Shown: in pieces, positions 13,945 to 27,060 of the stretch | Position numbering within the stretch: the first letter of the stretch is position 1 | How the letters are laid out: each line of letters begins with the position of its first letter | Origin: Eledone cirrhosa | Taxonomy: Eukaryota | Length of the DNA stretch: 64,000 nt | Assembly (NCBI GenBank): GCA_964016885.1 | Contig: CAXHJY010000212.1 | Span: forward strand, 1-64,000 | Direction: 5' to 3' | Translations under genes and position numbers: made by a program | The notes under the pieces: model-generated | Database searches by the model: none | What the model was told of the DNA's origin: nothing | What the model saw: only the letters and a program-made list of their open reading frames with translations

Positions 13945-14240
13945 TCATCATCATCATCGTTTAATGTTCATTTTTCCACGCTAGCATGGGTTAGACGAGT
14001 TATCCAGTTATGAGCAATGCTATGTCACATGGCCATGTCTTGCTCATACAGAACTGATTTTGGCTTGGTTTCTACAGCTGGATGCTCTTCCTAACGCCAA
14101 CCTCATTTACAGTGAGTAATAGGGTGCTTTTTGTCGTGACACCAACACAACCACTGTTATATGTATTGTTGGTGCCACAATAAATTCTCCTAGTACATTC
14201 TGTAAAGGGGTTGCCATTAAGATCAGTATAATGTCATAGA
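13945..14240 (-). mobile_element. SINE with RTE-type (GAT)n tail
   Basis: catcatcatcgtttaatg...gctagcatgggttagacg tail and ggtttctacagctggatgctcttcctaacgccaacc body. Confidence 0.6.
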
Positions 14241-14881
14241 AACAAAGCCAAAAATGGAACTTGGTCAATTGACATGTCTTGCCTCAGGAAGTTATGAGTG
14301 TGATGTTACAAGGGAGTGATTGTTATAAAAAGACTATTCCCACTATTGGACTTCTCCAGGAGGATCTGACATGGTACTAAAATGGCTGGTCAGGTGCATT
14401 TGTTTCCTCTTGACACATTTGTCGAACTTCAGGCTTTTAATTTCACTTATCTGAAAGTTATGACTACTGAAATAGCGCGTGATATCTTTAATAGAAAGTC
14501 CGAGTTGTTGTCTAACTGTCCTCACAGGCGGAAGTTTCTCCGATAGAATTTCCAATCGGATGTAGATATTGCGACAGGCCCAAGTGATACAAATTTGCGA
14601 TTGAAACCTGCCAGAAGCCACGCAATATAGTAGTTGGGTCACCTCCCTTAGATCTTAGTAGTTTTATCTATAGGTTTACCACGTGATTTCAACCACGTGA
14701 TCTGGCAATCTCCGAGAAGGGACTTTACCAGCCACTTGCAATTATATCTCTATGTAACGGAACAATCTCACACGTGGTTTGTGTGGGGAATCAATATAAA
14801 CACACACACACACACTTCCTTTCAATACATATACACACATACACACACGCATAAATTTGAATGTACACACAACTATATATA

Positions 14882-14914
<33 letters not shown>

Positions 14915-15525
14915 CTGTACATGTGTGTGTGTCTGTATATATATGTGTATATGTGTGTGTGTTGTGTGTGTGGCTGCACACAGTTATTCCCACACACTAT
15001 CATTAACCCCTTCCCTACAAATATGTACGTTCTTCCTGTGTGTCCCTCTCTCTCTTCGATTCCTTATCTTCCTCCCCCACCCCTCTCTCTGAATCTCTGC
15101 CTTTCTCTCTCTCTATCTCTCTACCCCAATCTCTTATGTAACTCCTCGCTCCCTTCTTCCACACACTCTTCTTTCTCTCTCAATCTCTGCCACTCTCTCT
15201 CTGCTTCGCTATCTCTTATGTAACACCTCGCCCCCTTCTACACATTTCCCCCTCCCCCCTCTCTCTCAATCTCTCCCTCTCTCCCACACAATCTCTTATG
15301 TATTAACCCCCCCCCCCACATTCTTTCCTCCCCCCCCCCCTCTCGATCGCTATCATCCACTCCGTGTCACTCCACTAGTATTACCATTATCATTCGCGGC
15401 TTTACGTGTATGACGTCACCGACCTACGATTCGCGCCTCTGCCCCCCCCCCCCCGCCATCTCATTGAAAACTCCTCCACCTCAACCTTCACCTTTTTCAC
15501 CCATCACTCTCTCTCTATATATATA

Positions 15526-15978
15526 TGGTGGCTGCCAACTCGTTTTCGAGTACGGCCACTACTTTATATCCATGTAGGAGAACCCCTACCGATGCGCTGA
15601 ACGAGTGTGACTTTTTAGTCCAGCCAGCGACTTGAAAACTCTGGTACAAACACTACACTTGTGACAATTACTGACACATAGTGCTGGGCCCATGGTACCA
15701 TGTGACGACAAGTGCAGAGAGATCTCCAGATATAAAGCAATGCCTGTGCCGTGAAGCTTTTATAGTGAGCAAAGGCACTGCACAAAGCCAGTCCCACTCT
15801 CTTAACCAAGATGATATTTACCAAAAAGAAGAACAAGTCAACATCATTGGATACCATCAGGGTTGCAGGTGTTATATCAGAGTTTTCCTTCTCCTAGAAT
15901 TCTGCCTTGACAAAGGCTAAGGGGTCATCTCTCCCGGTGATTTTGGATGGCCATTGACTCTTAAGAGCTCCTTTGCCC
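15526..15978 (-). mobile_element. Bipartite non-autonomous RTE element, copy B
   Basis: Near-identical to 3626-4010 and longer at the 5' end. Confidence 0.75.
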
Positions 15979-16294
15979 TATATATATACATATATATACA
16001 TACACATATATATATATATACACATATATATATATTTATATATACATATATACATACACACAAATATATACATATATATATATACATATACACATATATA
16101 CATATGCAGACATACATATACATATATATATATATACACATACATATATACACACACACACAAATATATATATATATACATATACATACACACAAATATA
16201 TATTTATACATCTACCTATATATATATATATATATATACAGATATATATATATATAGACATACATACACATACATATATACACACACACACAAT

Positions 16295-16375
<81 letters not shown>

Positions 16376-16530
16376 CATACACACACACACACACACACAT
16401 ATATATACATACACACACACACATATATATACATACACACACACACATATATATACATACACACACACACATATATATACATACACACACACACATATAT
16501 ATACATACACACACACACATATATATACAT

Positions 16531-16587
<57 letters not shown>

Positions 16588-17610
16588 TATATACACACAC
16601 ACACATACGCACTCTCTCTCTCTCCCCCTCTTTCTCTCTCAGCCCCGTTCATTTGCCAACAGATGGCTCAGTAGAAATATTTTGACGGACTCGTTGACAG
16701 CAGATCTGGCATTTGCCAGTCCACCAGCAAGTCCACGTGGTCGTGCTGGCAAAGTATCAGAGTTTGGAGAAGGCAGTCGCTGGTTCGAACCGCCAGGGGG
16801 CGCAGTCGGTTGTAATTATGTTTTTTTTTTTTGTTTTTTTTTTGTTTTTTAATAGTTAATACCCGCCACCAACACTACACCACGGCAATCACCGTTAACC
16901 ATCATCATCACCATCGTCATTGCTATCATCATCATCATCATCACCATCATCTTTATCAACACACCATATCACAACACCATAATCATCATCATTCTGATTT
17001 CATTGATGAAATCATTTACTCGTAGTAGTAGTAGTAGTAGTAGTAGTAGATTAGAGAAGTCATCTACTACTACTACTATTACCACTACCAAAACCTCCAA
17101 CGCCATCACCACCACTATCACCACCGCCACCATCACCCCCGCCATCACGCCCCCCATCGCTACCCCCCCCTCCTGTATTATTAATGTACCATTCCCACAA
17201 TAAGCTGGTATCCGAAAACGTGATTATATAGGTAGGTACCACTTGGGTAGAGCTAGAGGTGTGGTGGTTGTGGGCGTGTGGGGTGGGGTGGATGTGTGTG
17301 AGTGTGTTGTGTGGCGGTTGTGTGTGGGGGTGGAGTGGGGTGAGGTGTAGGGGGGGTTGTAGCGATGTGGGTGGGTGGGTGTAGAGGTGTGGGTGAGATA
17401 TAGAGGTGTGGAGAAGGGGTAAAGCAATTTGGAGTGGGGATGTAGGAGGTGTGAGCGTAGGAATGTAGAGTGGAGGTGTGTGGGTGGAGTGGAGGTGTAA
17501 AAGGGGTGGGTGGAGTGGAGGTGGGTGGCGGTGGGACTGAAGTAAGAGTCAAGGCACTTATTGACTCGGGAATGCCCACTTGCATTCTGTTGGCACGACA
17601 GGATGGTGGA

Positions 17611-17611
<1 letters not shown>

Positions 17612-17652
<41 letters not shown>

Positions 17653-17670
17653 TGCAGTAAAACAGCAGCA

Positions 17671-17702
<32 letters not shown>

Positions 17703-17842
17703 AGCAACAGCAACAACAACAGCAACAGCCACTGCAGCAGCAATAACAACAACAGCAACAACAGCAGCAGCAGCCACAGTAGCAGCCAAAGTAACAACAA
17801 CAGCAGCAACAGCAACAACAACAACAACAACAACAGCAGCAG
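17612..17842. repeat. (CAG/CAA)n tract
   Basis: Direct inspection; no splice or coding context established. Confidence 0.9.
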
Positions 17843-18569
17843 TGACGATATACAGTCCTTAATTCTAAACCCCAGGATTACAGAAAACCAGGTTTCTAAG
17901 ACACGAATCTACGACGGAGCATCAACGTTTGTGGGCCCCTAACATTTTCACTATCAATGACCCCTTTTTTAAATTAAAGGGATTTTCCCACGGACAGTCC
18001 ACCCCAGTCCAGTATAGCCCCTTCCCTCCCAGTGAGAATGACAAACAAAAGAGATCAATGTTTATATTGAGAGAGAAGAGAAAAATAGACATCCAATAGT
18101 GTGAAGATCAGAGGTTCTCAAACGTTTTGGGGGTCACCGCGCCCCTCACGGCCAGGTAACACCCCCAACCCTATTTCCAGAGAGACCTGCCTACACGCAA
18201 ATTGTAAATAATATATAATAAATAAATCGTTAATTTATATATAATAAATAATATAATATATACTATGTATAGATAAATATATATATTTTTTACTATATCT
18301 ATATGTAATATGTATCATTTGATATATCTATATATTACTAAAAGTATGTGATTGCTTGCTTGTCTGTAATGTAATACAGCCAAAAGGGCAGATGATGGAA
18401 AAATACTTTGAAAGGAAGTTGACCCTGAAATGGGAATACAAATGGAATAAAACAAGTTTCGCTTAAATCGGAGCACGGGTTCCCGAGATATGGGGCTTTT
18501 TCCGGGTACCTTCATAGAGAGAGAGAGAGAGAGAGAATGATAGATAGAGAGAGAGAGAGAGAAATGATA

Positions 18570-18667
<98 letters not shown>

Positions 18668-19179
18668 ATAGAGAGAGAGAGAAGGTAGTTCTGAAGTCGC
18701 CACCACGGCAGTAGGCCAGGCAAAGAGGACGATCATGAGTGAGATTGAGAGACGACCTCACTCGTCATTTGGGATTGGGACCTGAGTGGTGACCAAGGAT
18801 GGCCCCTGACCGATGTCACTGGAGACAGTCCACGCTTGGGGAGGGGGCGGTGGGGCTCCTTCTCCAGGAGTGATAACGACCTGATGAAATGAAATGAAGT
18901 GAAATTTAGCGAGTGGTGTAAGGGCGGAGCACATAACGGTTTTTTGGGGGTCTTCCAAGACGGGTGAGAAAAAGGGAGGGAGAAAGGCACCCACAAACTC
19001 CGAAAACCCCGTCCAAATGCTTGCAAAAGAATAATAGACACTGTTAAACGTACCCAATGACCTGTTAGGTCTGGTGCTACCATTAACGCCAACAAGGCGC
19101 AGACATCAGAGAGGGACATTACTAAATCACAAAAGATGGTAGTTATATATAAATTTGTGTAATTGAATTAAATATATAA

Positions 19180-19590
19180 TAATTGTTTCTACTTTTGGCA
19201 CAAGGCCAGCAATTATCCCAGTGCATTACTGGTACTTTATTTTATCGACCCCGTAACGATGAAAGGCAAAATTAACCTCGGTGGGATTTGAACTCAGAAC
19301 GTAAAGGACCATAACTCTATGCTGCAAAGCTTGGCGTCTGAGACTCTACCGATACTGCCAATCCAAATTTCCTTCGATTAATATATAAACTATAGGGCGA
19401 TGGATTGGCGGTACCGCTAGAGGGTCAGACCCATGCTTTGCAGCAAAGAGTTACGGCTCTTTACGGTCAGAGTTCAAATCACGTCGAGGTTAACTTTGCC
19501 TTTTATCCTTACGGGGTCGATAAAATAAAGTACCAGTAATGCACTGGGGTAATTGCTGGCCTTGTGCCAAAAGTAGAAACAATTATTATA
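19180..19590. mobile_element. Head-to-head pair of Meta-type SINEs (19180-19365 minus, 19396-19590 plus)
   Basis: Both contain gcctt..atccttacggggtcgataaaataaagtaccagtaatgcactggg and the tail gccttgtgccaaaagtagaaacaattatt in opposite orientations. Confidence 0.8.
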
Positions 19591-20064
19591 TATCACCGCT
19601 ATAAACTAAACCAGTAAATCTCTTTACCGCATGGTGGTGGTGGTGATGGTGGGTGGTGGTGGTGGTGGTGGTGGTGGTGTGGAGTCGGATGGTTTTCGGA
19701 CCTGTTACGTGGTCTGGCATGGGGGGGGGGGGAGTGTGGACTATGTAGTAAAAAAAAAAGGTTTAGTAATTTGTTTAGTGTGGTCAGAGCAGAAAGTGTC
19801 AAAACAAACTAGGTCCGTCTGTTTGCCTAGCAATAACTGAGAGACGGGAGACACACACATTGTAGAGATAACTTAGAGGGATAAGAGAACCACCCCCTCA
19901 CCCCGACCCACCCCCGGCGCCAACCCTCAGGCCAGACAGCGATGTGAAACCGGAATACGTCTAACGTATTAATTATTCGTAGTTTCAGGCTGGGTGACTT
20001 CTCCGCTAGATTAAAGTCACGACCGTATATTCAGGCTGGATTTTCGAGATGCAATAATAAATGT

Positions 20065-20435
20065 TTACTGATTTCAACACAAGATCAGCCATTTGAAGAG
20101 GGTTGGGTGACAAATTAAATGATAACGGCCCCAGCATTTGACTGGTACTTTATTTTATCGACCCCCGTAAGGATGAAAGGCAAAGCTAACCTCGGCGGGA
20201 TTTGAATTTAGGTCGTAAAGGCCCGTAACTATGCTGCCAAGCATGACGTCCGACCCTCTACCGATACTGCCAGATTTCTACTATAGGCACAAGGCCAGTA
20301 ATTTGGGGGGAGAGGCAAGTCGATTAAATCGACCCCAGTGCGTGACTGGTACTTTATTTCATCGACGCCGTGAAGATGAGAGGCAAAGTTAACCTCGGAG
20401 GGATTTGAATTCAGAACGTAAAGGGATGTAACTAT
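20065..20435 (-). mobile_element. Two tandem Meta-type SINEs
   Basis: actggtactttattt.atcgac.cc..gatga.aggcaaag.taacctcgg.gggatttgaa occurs twice. Confidence 0.75.
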
Positions 20436-21423
20436 ATATGTGTGTGTGAGTTATACTATTCCTTATACATACAAACACACTGTCTAAACAGCTTAACATT
20501 ATATATATATATATATATACACGTATATATATATATACACGTATATATATACTCTCTCACACACACACGAAAATATATATACTCTCACACACACGTGTAT
20601 ATATATATATATATATATATTCACACACACACATATATATTCACACACACATATATACTCACACACACATATATACTCACACATTCTCACACACACACAT
20701 GTATATATATATATATAAACACGTAGACAAGCATCACGAGAGGGTATCGGGAGGTTCAAAAATAAAGTGTAAAAGCCCACAACATTATCTTACCACGATA
20801 TTTGGTGGCGGGAAGAGATGGAATCTTGTACTGAATGACCTCAAGACAGACGCCAAGTTCCTCCACAAGAATGAATTCATACCGCTCCGAAAGATGCACC
20901 CCACCCTTCACTTTCACCTCCTCCTTTACCTTACCTCTACATGCTGCTCCGAAAAAACACCTCCCTCTCTCCCTACCAACCTACTTACCTCTCCCTACCT
21001 CTCCAATGAACTTCACCCTCCACCGCCGCTCTGCTCTTCCCTTCACCCCTTCCCTCGTCTTTATACCTCTCCTCTCCCCTCCGTCGTATCTCTTGCTAAC
21101 ATATTTCCATGCCTCCCACTTCGACTCTCTCGACTTTAGTTCTCTCTGTCTCTTTCTTCCCCTCACACACTCCCGTATACACATATATACATATATATGT
21201 ATATATGTATGTATATATATATATATGTATGTATATATATATATATGTATGTATGTATATACATATATATACATACATATATATATACATACATATATAT
21301 ATATATACATACATACATACATATACATACATACATATACATATATATACATACGCATATATATATATATATACATACGTATATATATATATACATACAT
21401 ACGTATATATATATATACGTACG

Positions 21424-21455
<32 letters not shown>

Positions 21456-21717
21456 CATACATATATATATATACATACATATATATACACACATACAGAG
21501 TGCTTCTCTATCCTTTCTCTAATTATTTACTCTCTATCTTCTTACACTCTTCCTATCTATCGATCTGTCTCTCCCCCCCCCTCTCTCTCTGCATATATAT
21601 ATATGTATATATATATATGTATGTATATATGTACGTATATATATATACATAAATACATAAACACATATATACATATATATATATATACATAAATATATAT
21701 ATATGTATGTCTATGTG

Positions 21718-21749
<32 letters not shown>

Positions 21750-22017
21750 TATATATATACATACATACATAAACAAATACATATATATATACATAAATAC
21801 AAACAAATATATACACACATATAGATATATGTATATACACACAATCATACATACACACGCATATATACATAAACAAAAGCATATACACACTCACACATAT
21901 ATACACACATCTATCTATCTATCTATCTATATATATATATATATATAGATGCATATTTATATCATTGTTATGTTTTTTCTCCCTCCCTCCCTCCCCTACA
22001 CACACGCGTGTGTGTGT

Positions 22018-22136
<119 letters not shown>

Positions 22137-22452
22137 CGTGTGTGTGTGTGTGCGTGCGTGTATGTGTGTGTGTGTGCGTGCGTGCGTGTATGTGTGTGTC
22201 AGTGTGTACATATTCACACGTATGTCTGAATATATTACATAGCATTTTTCCTAAGTAGCTTCAAGCTGCTTCTTCTTCTCTGTCGAACGAGCTTCAGTTG
22301 ATTATCTTGATTAGAAGAACGAGTGGAAACTAGTGGCGTTCCTCCCCGCTTCTCTCCACGGAACGAACCTCTCTTGAAATTCTTAAAGGTAATCGTATAA
22401 TTCTATTCTGATAGTTTCTTCCCTCGTATTTCTCTCCTATGGAACTCTCTTC

Positions 22453-22770
22453 CAGAAGAAGAAGAAGACGTAGGAGGGGGAGAAGACGTAGGAGGGGGAG
22501 AAGAAGAAAAAGGAGAAGAAAAAGAACGAAGAAGAAGAAAAAGAACGAAGAAGAAGAAAAAGAACGAAGAAGAAGAAAAAGAACGAAGAAGAAGAAGAAG
22601 GCGAAGAAGAAGAAGAAGAAGGCAAAGAAGAAGAAGGCAAAGAAGAAGAAGAAGGCAAAGAAGAAGAAGAAGGCAAAGAAGAAGGCAAAGAAGAAGAAGA
22701 AGGGAAGGCAAAGAAGAAGAAGAAGAAGAAGAAGAAGAAGGCAAAGAAGAAGAAGGCAAAGAAGAAGGCA
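22453..22770. repeat. (GAA)n-rich purine tract
   Basis: gaagaagaaggcaaa repeats. Confidence 0.9.
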
Positions 22771-23073
22771 AAAAATAAGAAAATCAACAACCACCACCAC
22801 CACCACTAAGCCCTATATCGACAAACCACGTTTTCCCCATTCGGCATTTGCACCCTCACTCTCTGCCCCTCTTCGCGAAACCCCATGACCCCGATCATTC
22901 TTACCCCTCCCCCTCTCATACCATCGTCACCTGTTCACCATGCACCACCAGAAAAGTCACCATAAAAATAAACTAAAATATAACCGAACGACAGGAAAAC
23001 CTATTTCTCCCAGCCTCATCGTAACTAAACGTTGCACACTCTCCTCTCCTCACTCACACAAACGTATACATAC

Positions 23074-23104
<31 letters not shown>

Positions 23105-23106
23105 GG

Positions 23107-23492
23107 GCGGCTAAAATTCCCGAGATCCAGGGACGAGTTCTCTCCAGCGGTCTCTGTCCCTCATTATCGCTGCCATATCCTGCGTCTCCAACAGACCAAT
23201 GTCTGTCCTTAGGGCATCAACATACGTTAACCTTGGTCTTCCTCTTCCAGTGTATCCATGCAGGGGCTCCCACAGGAGCACAATGTCAACTCTGGATGTC
23301 GGTGAGGTGTACGGGTCTGAGACTTGGACACTGACCAAGAAACTCACTGAGATGTTGGAGGGGTGCTACACGAGAATGCTGAGGATGGCTCTGAACATTA
23401 ATCAGTATACACTGAGGATGAAAAACTCAGAGCTGTATGGGAGCCTCCCAAAAGTCAGCTCAAAAGGGACACAGAGGAGACTGAGGTTAGCT

Positions 23493-23495
<3 letters not shown>
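23107..23495. mobile_element. 5'-truncated, 5'-inverted RTE-type LINE fragment
   Basis: Minus strand 23107-23300 encodes LLWEP..GRGRPRLTYVD...RDRDRWR*; plus strand 23305-23495 encodes YGSETWTLTK...YTRMLR...RRLRLAG. Both are RTE post-RT C-terminal motifs. Confidence 0.8.
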
Positions 23496-23550
<55 letters not shown>

Positions 23551-23892
23551 AAGGTTTATATTGAGTTAGAAACTCAAAATAGTCTCTTACAATAAAATAG
23601 CTCTAGGAAAGAGATGTTTCCGAGACGTATATCATATTTGAATATAAAAGAGAGATAAACACAGATATATACATATATGTGTTCAAATTGTAAGGGACCA
23701 GATTCGCTAAGGTGAAAAAAATACTAACTATGGACAATAGGGTTTGCCAGACACAATTTAAGAATAAATAAATAAAATAAATACAAATATATATAAATAT
23801 ATATATAAATACAAATATATATAAATATATATAAATATATATATAAATACAAATATATATAAATATATATATAAATACAAATATATATAAAT

Positions 23893-23983
<91 letters not shown>

Positions 23984-24085
23984 ATTAGAAATTGAACAAC
24001 ACAAAATATAACTACTCCATTACCACAGGTAAAAGATATGAAATGAGATTTAAAATCATCATTTCATATCTTTTATCTATAATAT

Positions 24086-24153
24086 CTCTGTCTGACGACT
24101 GATCCAGTCGTATATTATTATTGTCTGTGATCCAGAAACCTTTGGTAATGGAG
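24086..24153 (+). ncRNA. Type I hammerhead ribozyme (putative)
   Basis: Stem I ctctgt/atggag (with G-U pairs), core CTGACGA, stem II tgatc..gatcca, GAAA, stem III acc-ttt-ggt, GUA cleavage triplet. Confidence 0.6.
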
Positions 24154-24249
24154 TAGTTATTGTTTGTGTTGTTCACTTTCTAATTATATAACTCTGTTCT
24201 ATATATAGAGCACTCTTTTTCCTTTGCTTTTCCTTCGGAATTACCTAAC

Positions 24250-24313
<64 letters not shown>

Positions 24314-24484
24314 TCTGAATTTGTTTAGCAAGATTCTTTATCTAAAAACGTGTGTTGAAACCGATATTGTTATACTTTGGGAGGGTCATGTTGCCAATAA
24401 GAAACACACGCACCATTGATTTCACTTCAATTTATTATAAATTTAGGAATTTATAAATTTCCGGTTGGTTGGTTGGTTCCACAA

Positions 24485-24541
<57 letters not shown>

Positions 24542-24720
24542 AATGTATGTATAGTATATTTGGCAATATAGTGTATGTTTAATTAAAAACATTTTGAAGA
24601 CGATTCGCTATGAGTTTTAAAGTAGTGACTATGTCACTTACTTATTCTCGGCAAATAAACAAACGCAGGAGTGCATGGTGTTATTAGCTTCACGCTTTGG
24701 TGACAGTTAGGGGTGTTGTT

Positions 24721-24752
24721 TACGACGTTTCGGACATAACTTCTTCATCAGG
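24721..24752 (-). ncRNA. Minimal hammerhead-like motif of Penelope type
   Basis: Minus strand cCTGATGAagaagttatgtccGAAAcgtcgta; stem I not convincingly paired. Confidence 0.4.
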
Positions 24753-24770
24753 AAATGTAGGAGGGGAGGA

Positions 24771-24816
<46 letters not shown>

Positions 24817-24948
24817 AAGGTTAAACAAGGTTCAATGAATAAATCAAAGATTGAGTTTTACAATAGATTGAGTTTTGTCATATCTTACTCACTACCATGA
24901 CTGAATCTTAACCATCTACTATGTCAGGGTATGTCATGCATCATCTTT

Positions 24949-25011
24949 TTTTATCTGATGAGGACGTATTGTTGAAGTTAGCTCAGTACCTCTGAAATAT
25001 GTATAATAAAA
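24949..25011 (+). ncRNA. Type I hammerhead ribozyme (putative), paralogue of 37091-37156
   Basis: ttttat-CTGATGA-ggacgtattg...cagtacctct-GAAA-tatgtata-ataaaa. Confidence 0.65.
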
Positions 25012-25055
25012 TATACTTGATCACATGAATGCTATTTTTGTTAATATTTTGAATA

Positions 25056-25107
<52 letters not shown>

Positions 25108-25409
25108 TAAACCGACGGTAGTCGGTTTAGTAATATTGTTGTCTTAGTGATTTCGTTGGCAATCGTCTCTTTACAGCATTATTAGAATGTCTTCCGATTA
25201 TCAAAATCACATGAAAGTTATATGAGCATGGAGAGTAAATCATTGCACATCTCTTAAGCTATATAAAAATCTCGAAATTTCGTTCAGCACAAAAAAAGTT
25301 ATGATCAAAGTTTGCTGAAAAAAACTTTGTTCAAGTGAGTAAGTGAGTGAGTAAGGGTGACGCTCTGTGCATTTGATGCATCTCTTGGGACCGGTCAGAG
25401 GAGGATAAG

Positions 25410-26070
25410 GGGTTATTCGGGGTGCGGCGCTTATTCGAACCCTCCCCCAGTGACTGCGATTATTCGGGGTGAGACGCTTATTCGAACCCCCCCCCCCCCG
25501 CTTATTCGAACCCTCCCCCCAGTGACTGCGATTATTCGGGGTGCGGCGCTTATTCGAACCCTCCCCCCAGTGACTGCGGTTATTCGGGGTGCGGCGCTTA
25601 TTCGAACCCTCCCCCCAGTGACTGCGATTATTCGGGGTGCGGCGCTTATTCGAACCCTCCCCCCAGTGACTGCGGTTATTCGGGGTGCGGCGCTTATTCG
25701 AACCCTCCCCCCAGTGACTGCGATTATTCGGGGTGCGGCGCTTATTCGAACCCTCCCCCCAGTGACTGCGGTTATTCGGGGTGCGGCGCTTATTCGAACC
25801 CTCCCCCAGTGACTGCGATTATTCGGGGTGAGGCGCTTATTCGAACCCCCCCCCCCCCCCCCACAGTGACTGCGGTTATTCGGGGTGCGGCGCTTATTCG
25901 AACCCCCCCCCACAGTGACTGCGATTATTCGGGGTGAGGCGCTTATTCGAACCCTCCCCCAGTGACTGCTGTTATTTGGGGTGAGGGTCTTATTCGAACC
26001 CCCCCTAGTGACTGCGGTTATTCGGGGTGCGGTGGTTATTTGAACCCCCCCCCCCCAGTGACTGCGGTTA
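25410..26070. repeat. 45-bp GC-rich minisatellite, about 14 units
   Basis: Unit cagtgactgcg[a/g]ttattcggggtgcggcgcttattcgaaccctccccc with alternating variants. Confidence 0.95.
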
Positions 26071-26397
26071 TTTTTTTGAATTTGAATTTTAAATGTTGAT
26101 ACAATGTGGCAGTAAACATTAATCATTGAGCTAATTAGGAGCTATTATGTTCTCCTATCTCGCGATAAGTGGTCACACGTTGCAAACTAGTTGAGGTTGT
26201 CTTCTATTTATATTCAAATGAGTAATCACTCACTGCATTGTTCTCTTTCAAAGCAGTCGCTGATTGATATACTAGAAATTCAGAAAATCATTTGGATTTG
26301 TACTAATAGTTGTGAATAGTTGTGCTATTTTTTGTACCGATAGGTGCGAGTAGTGAACTCATTTGCGATAGGTGCGAATAGTGTGCTCATTTGACAT

Positions 26398-27060
26398 ATG
26401 AAAATGACGTCTCTCGGCTTTTTTATCGGCTTATTTATTTTGACTATTACAAATGAAAAATTTGTTTCCCTGCAAAAGTCTCGCCAAAATGGTCGCAAAA
26501 AAAATCGCAAAAGGTCACTTCATACGTTTCGCGGCTTTCGAAAAAAGTCACCATATACGTTTCGCGGCTTTTTGATCGGCTTATTACTTTTTTGCCTGGC
26601 GCGAAAATGCAATATTTCCATTTCGAATGAAACAATTCCACAATCGGGCAATTCGAATGATGAAATTCACATTCAGGCGGCTTTTTACAAATCCAATAAA
26701 CGAATTTACCCGATTTCCAATCAGAAATATAGAACACGTGCACTGATCTTATCATTGCTTATTATCGGTTGTGTTGAATTAAATCCTGGACCTGAATTTG
26801 AATTCAATGAGACTGATAGTGCTTCCGAATGTCCCAAAGATCAAAAAATTCATAAAGAGAATGAAAAACGGAGAAAAAATGCCATTAGGAATAGGGAGTA
26901 TAAAAAACGGAAAGCTGCTGAAATAAAAGAAAAAAGACAATCAGAACAAGCAAAACATATGAATAATGCATACCAAAAAGCGCGTGAAGAAAATACAAAA
27001 ATCCAAAAAAAATTATCATGTGAAAAATTGACAAAAAATCGACAAAAATGGCGTGCGTGA
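26398..27060 (+). CDS. 220-aa ORF of probable transposon origin with 2A-like LLIIGCVELNPGP and a K/R/E-rich helical tail
   Basis: ATG-initiated non-repetitive ORF; NPGP motif ends at 26793; runs into ~75-bp tandem repeats at 27000-27240. Confidence 0.45.
   Translation: MKMTSLGFFIGLFILTITNEKFVSLQKSRQNGRKKNRKRSLHTFRGFRKKSPYTFRGFLIGLLLFCLARKCNISISNETIPQSGNSNDEIHIQAAFYKSNKRIYPISNQKYRTRALILSLLIIGCVELNPGPEFEFNETDSASECPKDQKIHKENEKRRKNAIRNREYKKRKAAEIKEKRQSEQAKHMNNAYQKAREENTKIQKKLSCEKLTKNRQKWRA

Noticed and set aside
14343-14642. 99-aa minus-strand ORF in unique sequence
   Set aside because: No recognisable domain or clear splice sites.
17470-17862. PolyQ/polyA ORFs as a host exon
   Set aside because: Simple CAG/CAA tract with no recognisable flanking domain.
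22439-22888. K/R-rich protamine- or histone H1-like ORF
   Set aside because: Translation of a (GAA)n tract.
25410-26070. CRISPR-like array
   Set aside because: No unique spacers, no cas genes, eukaryotic context.
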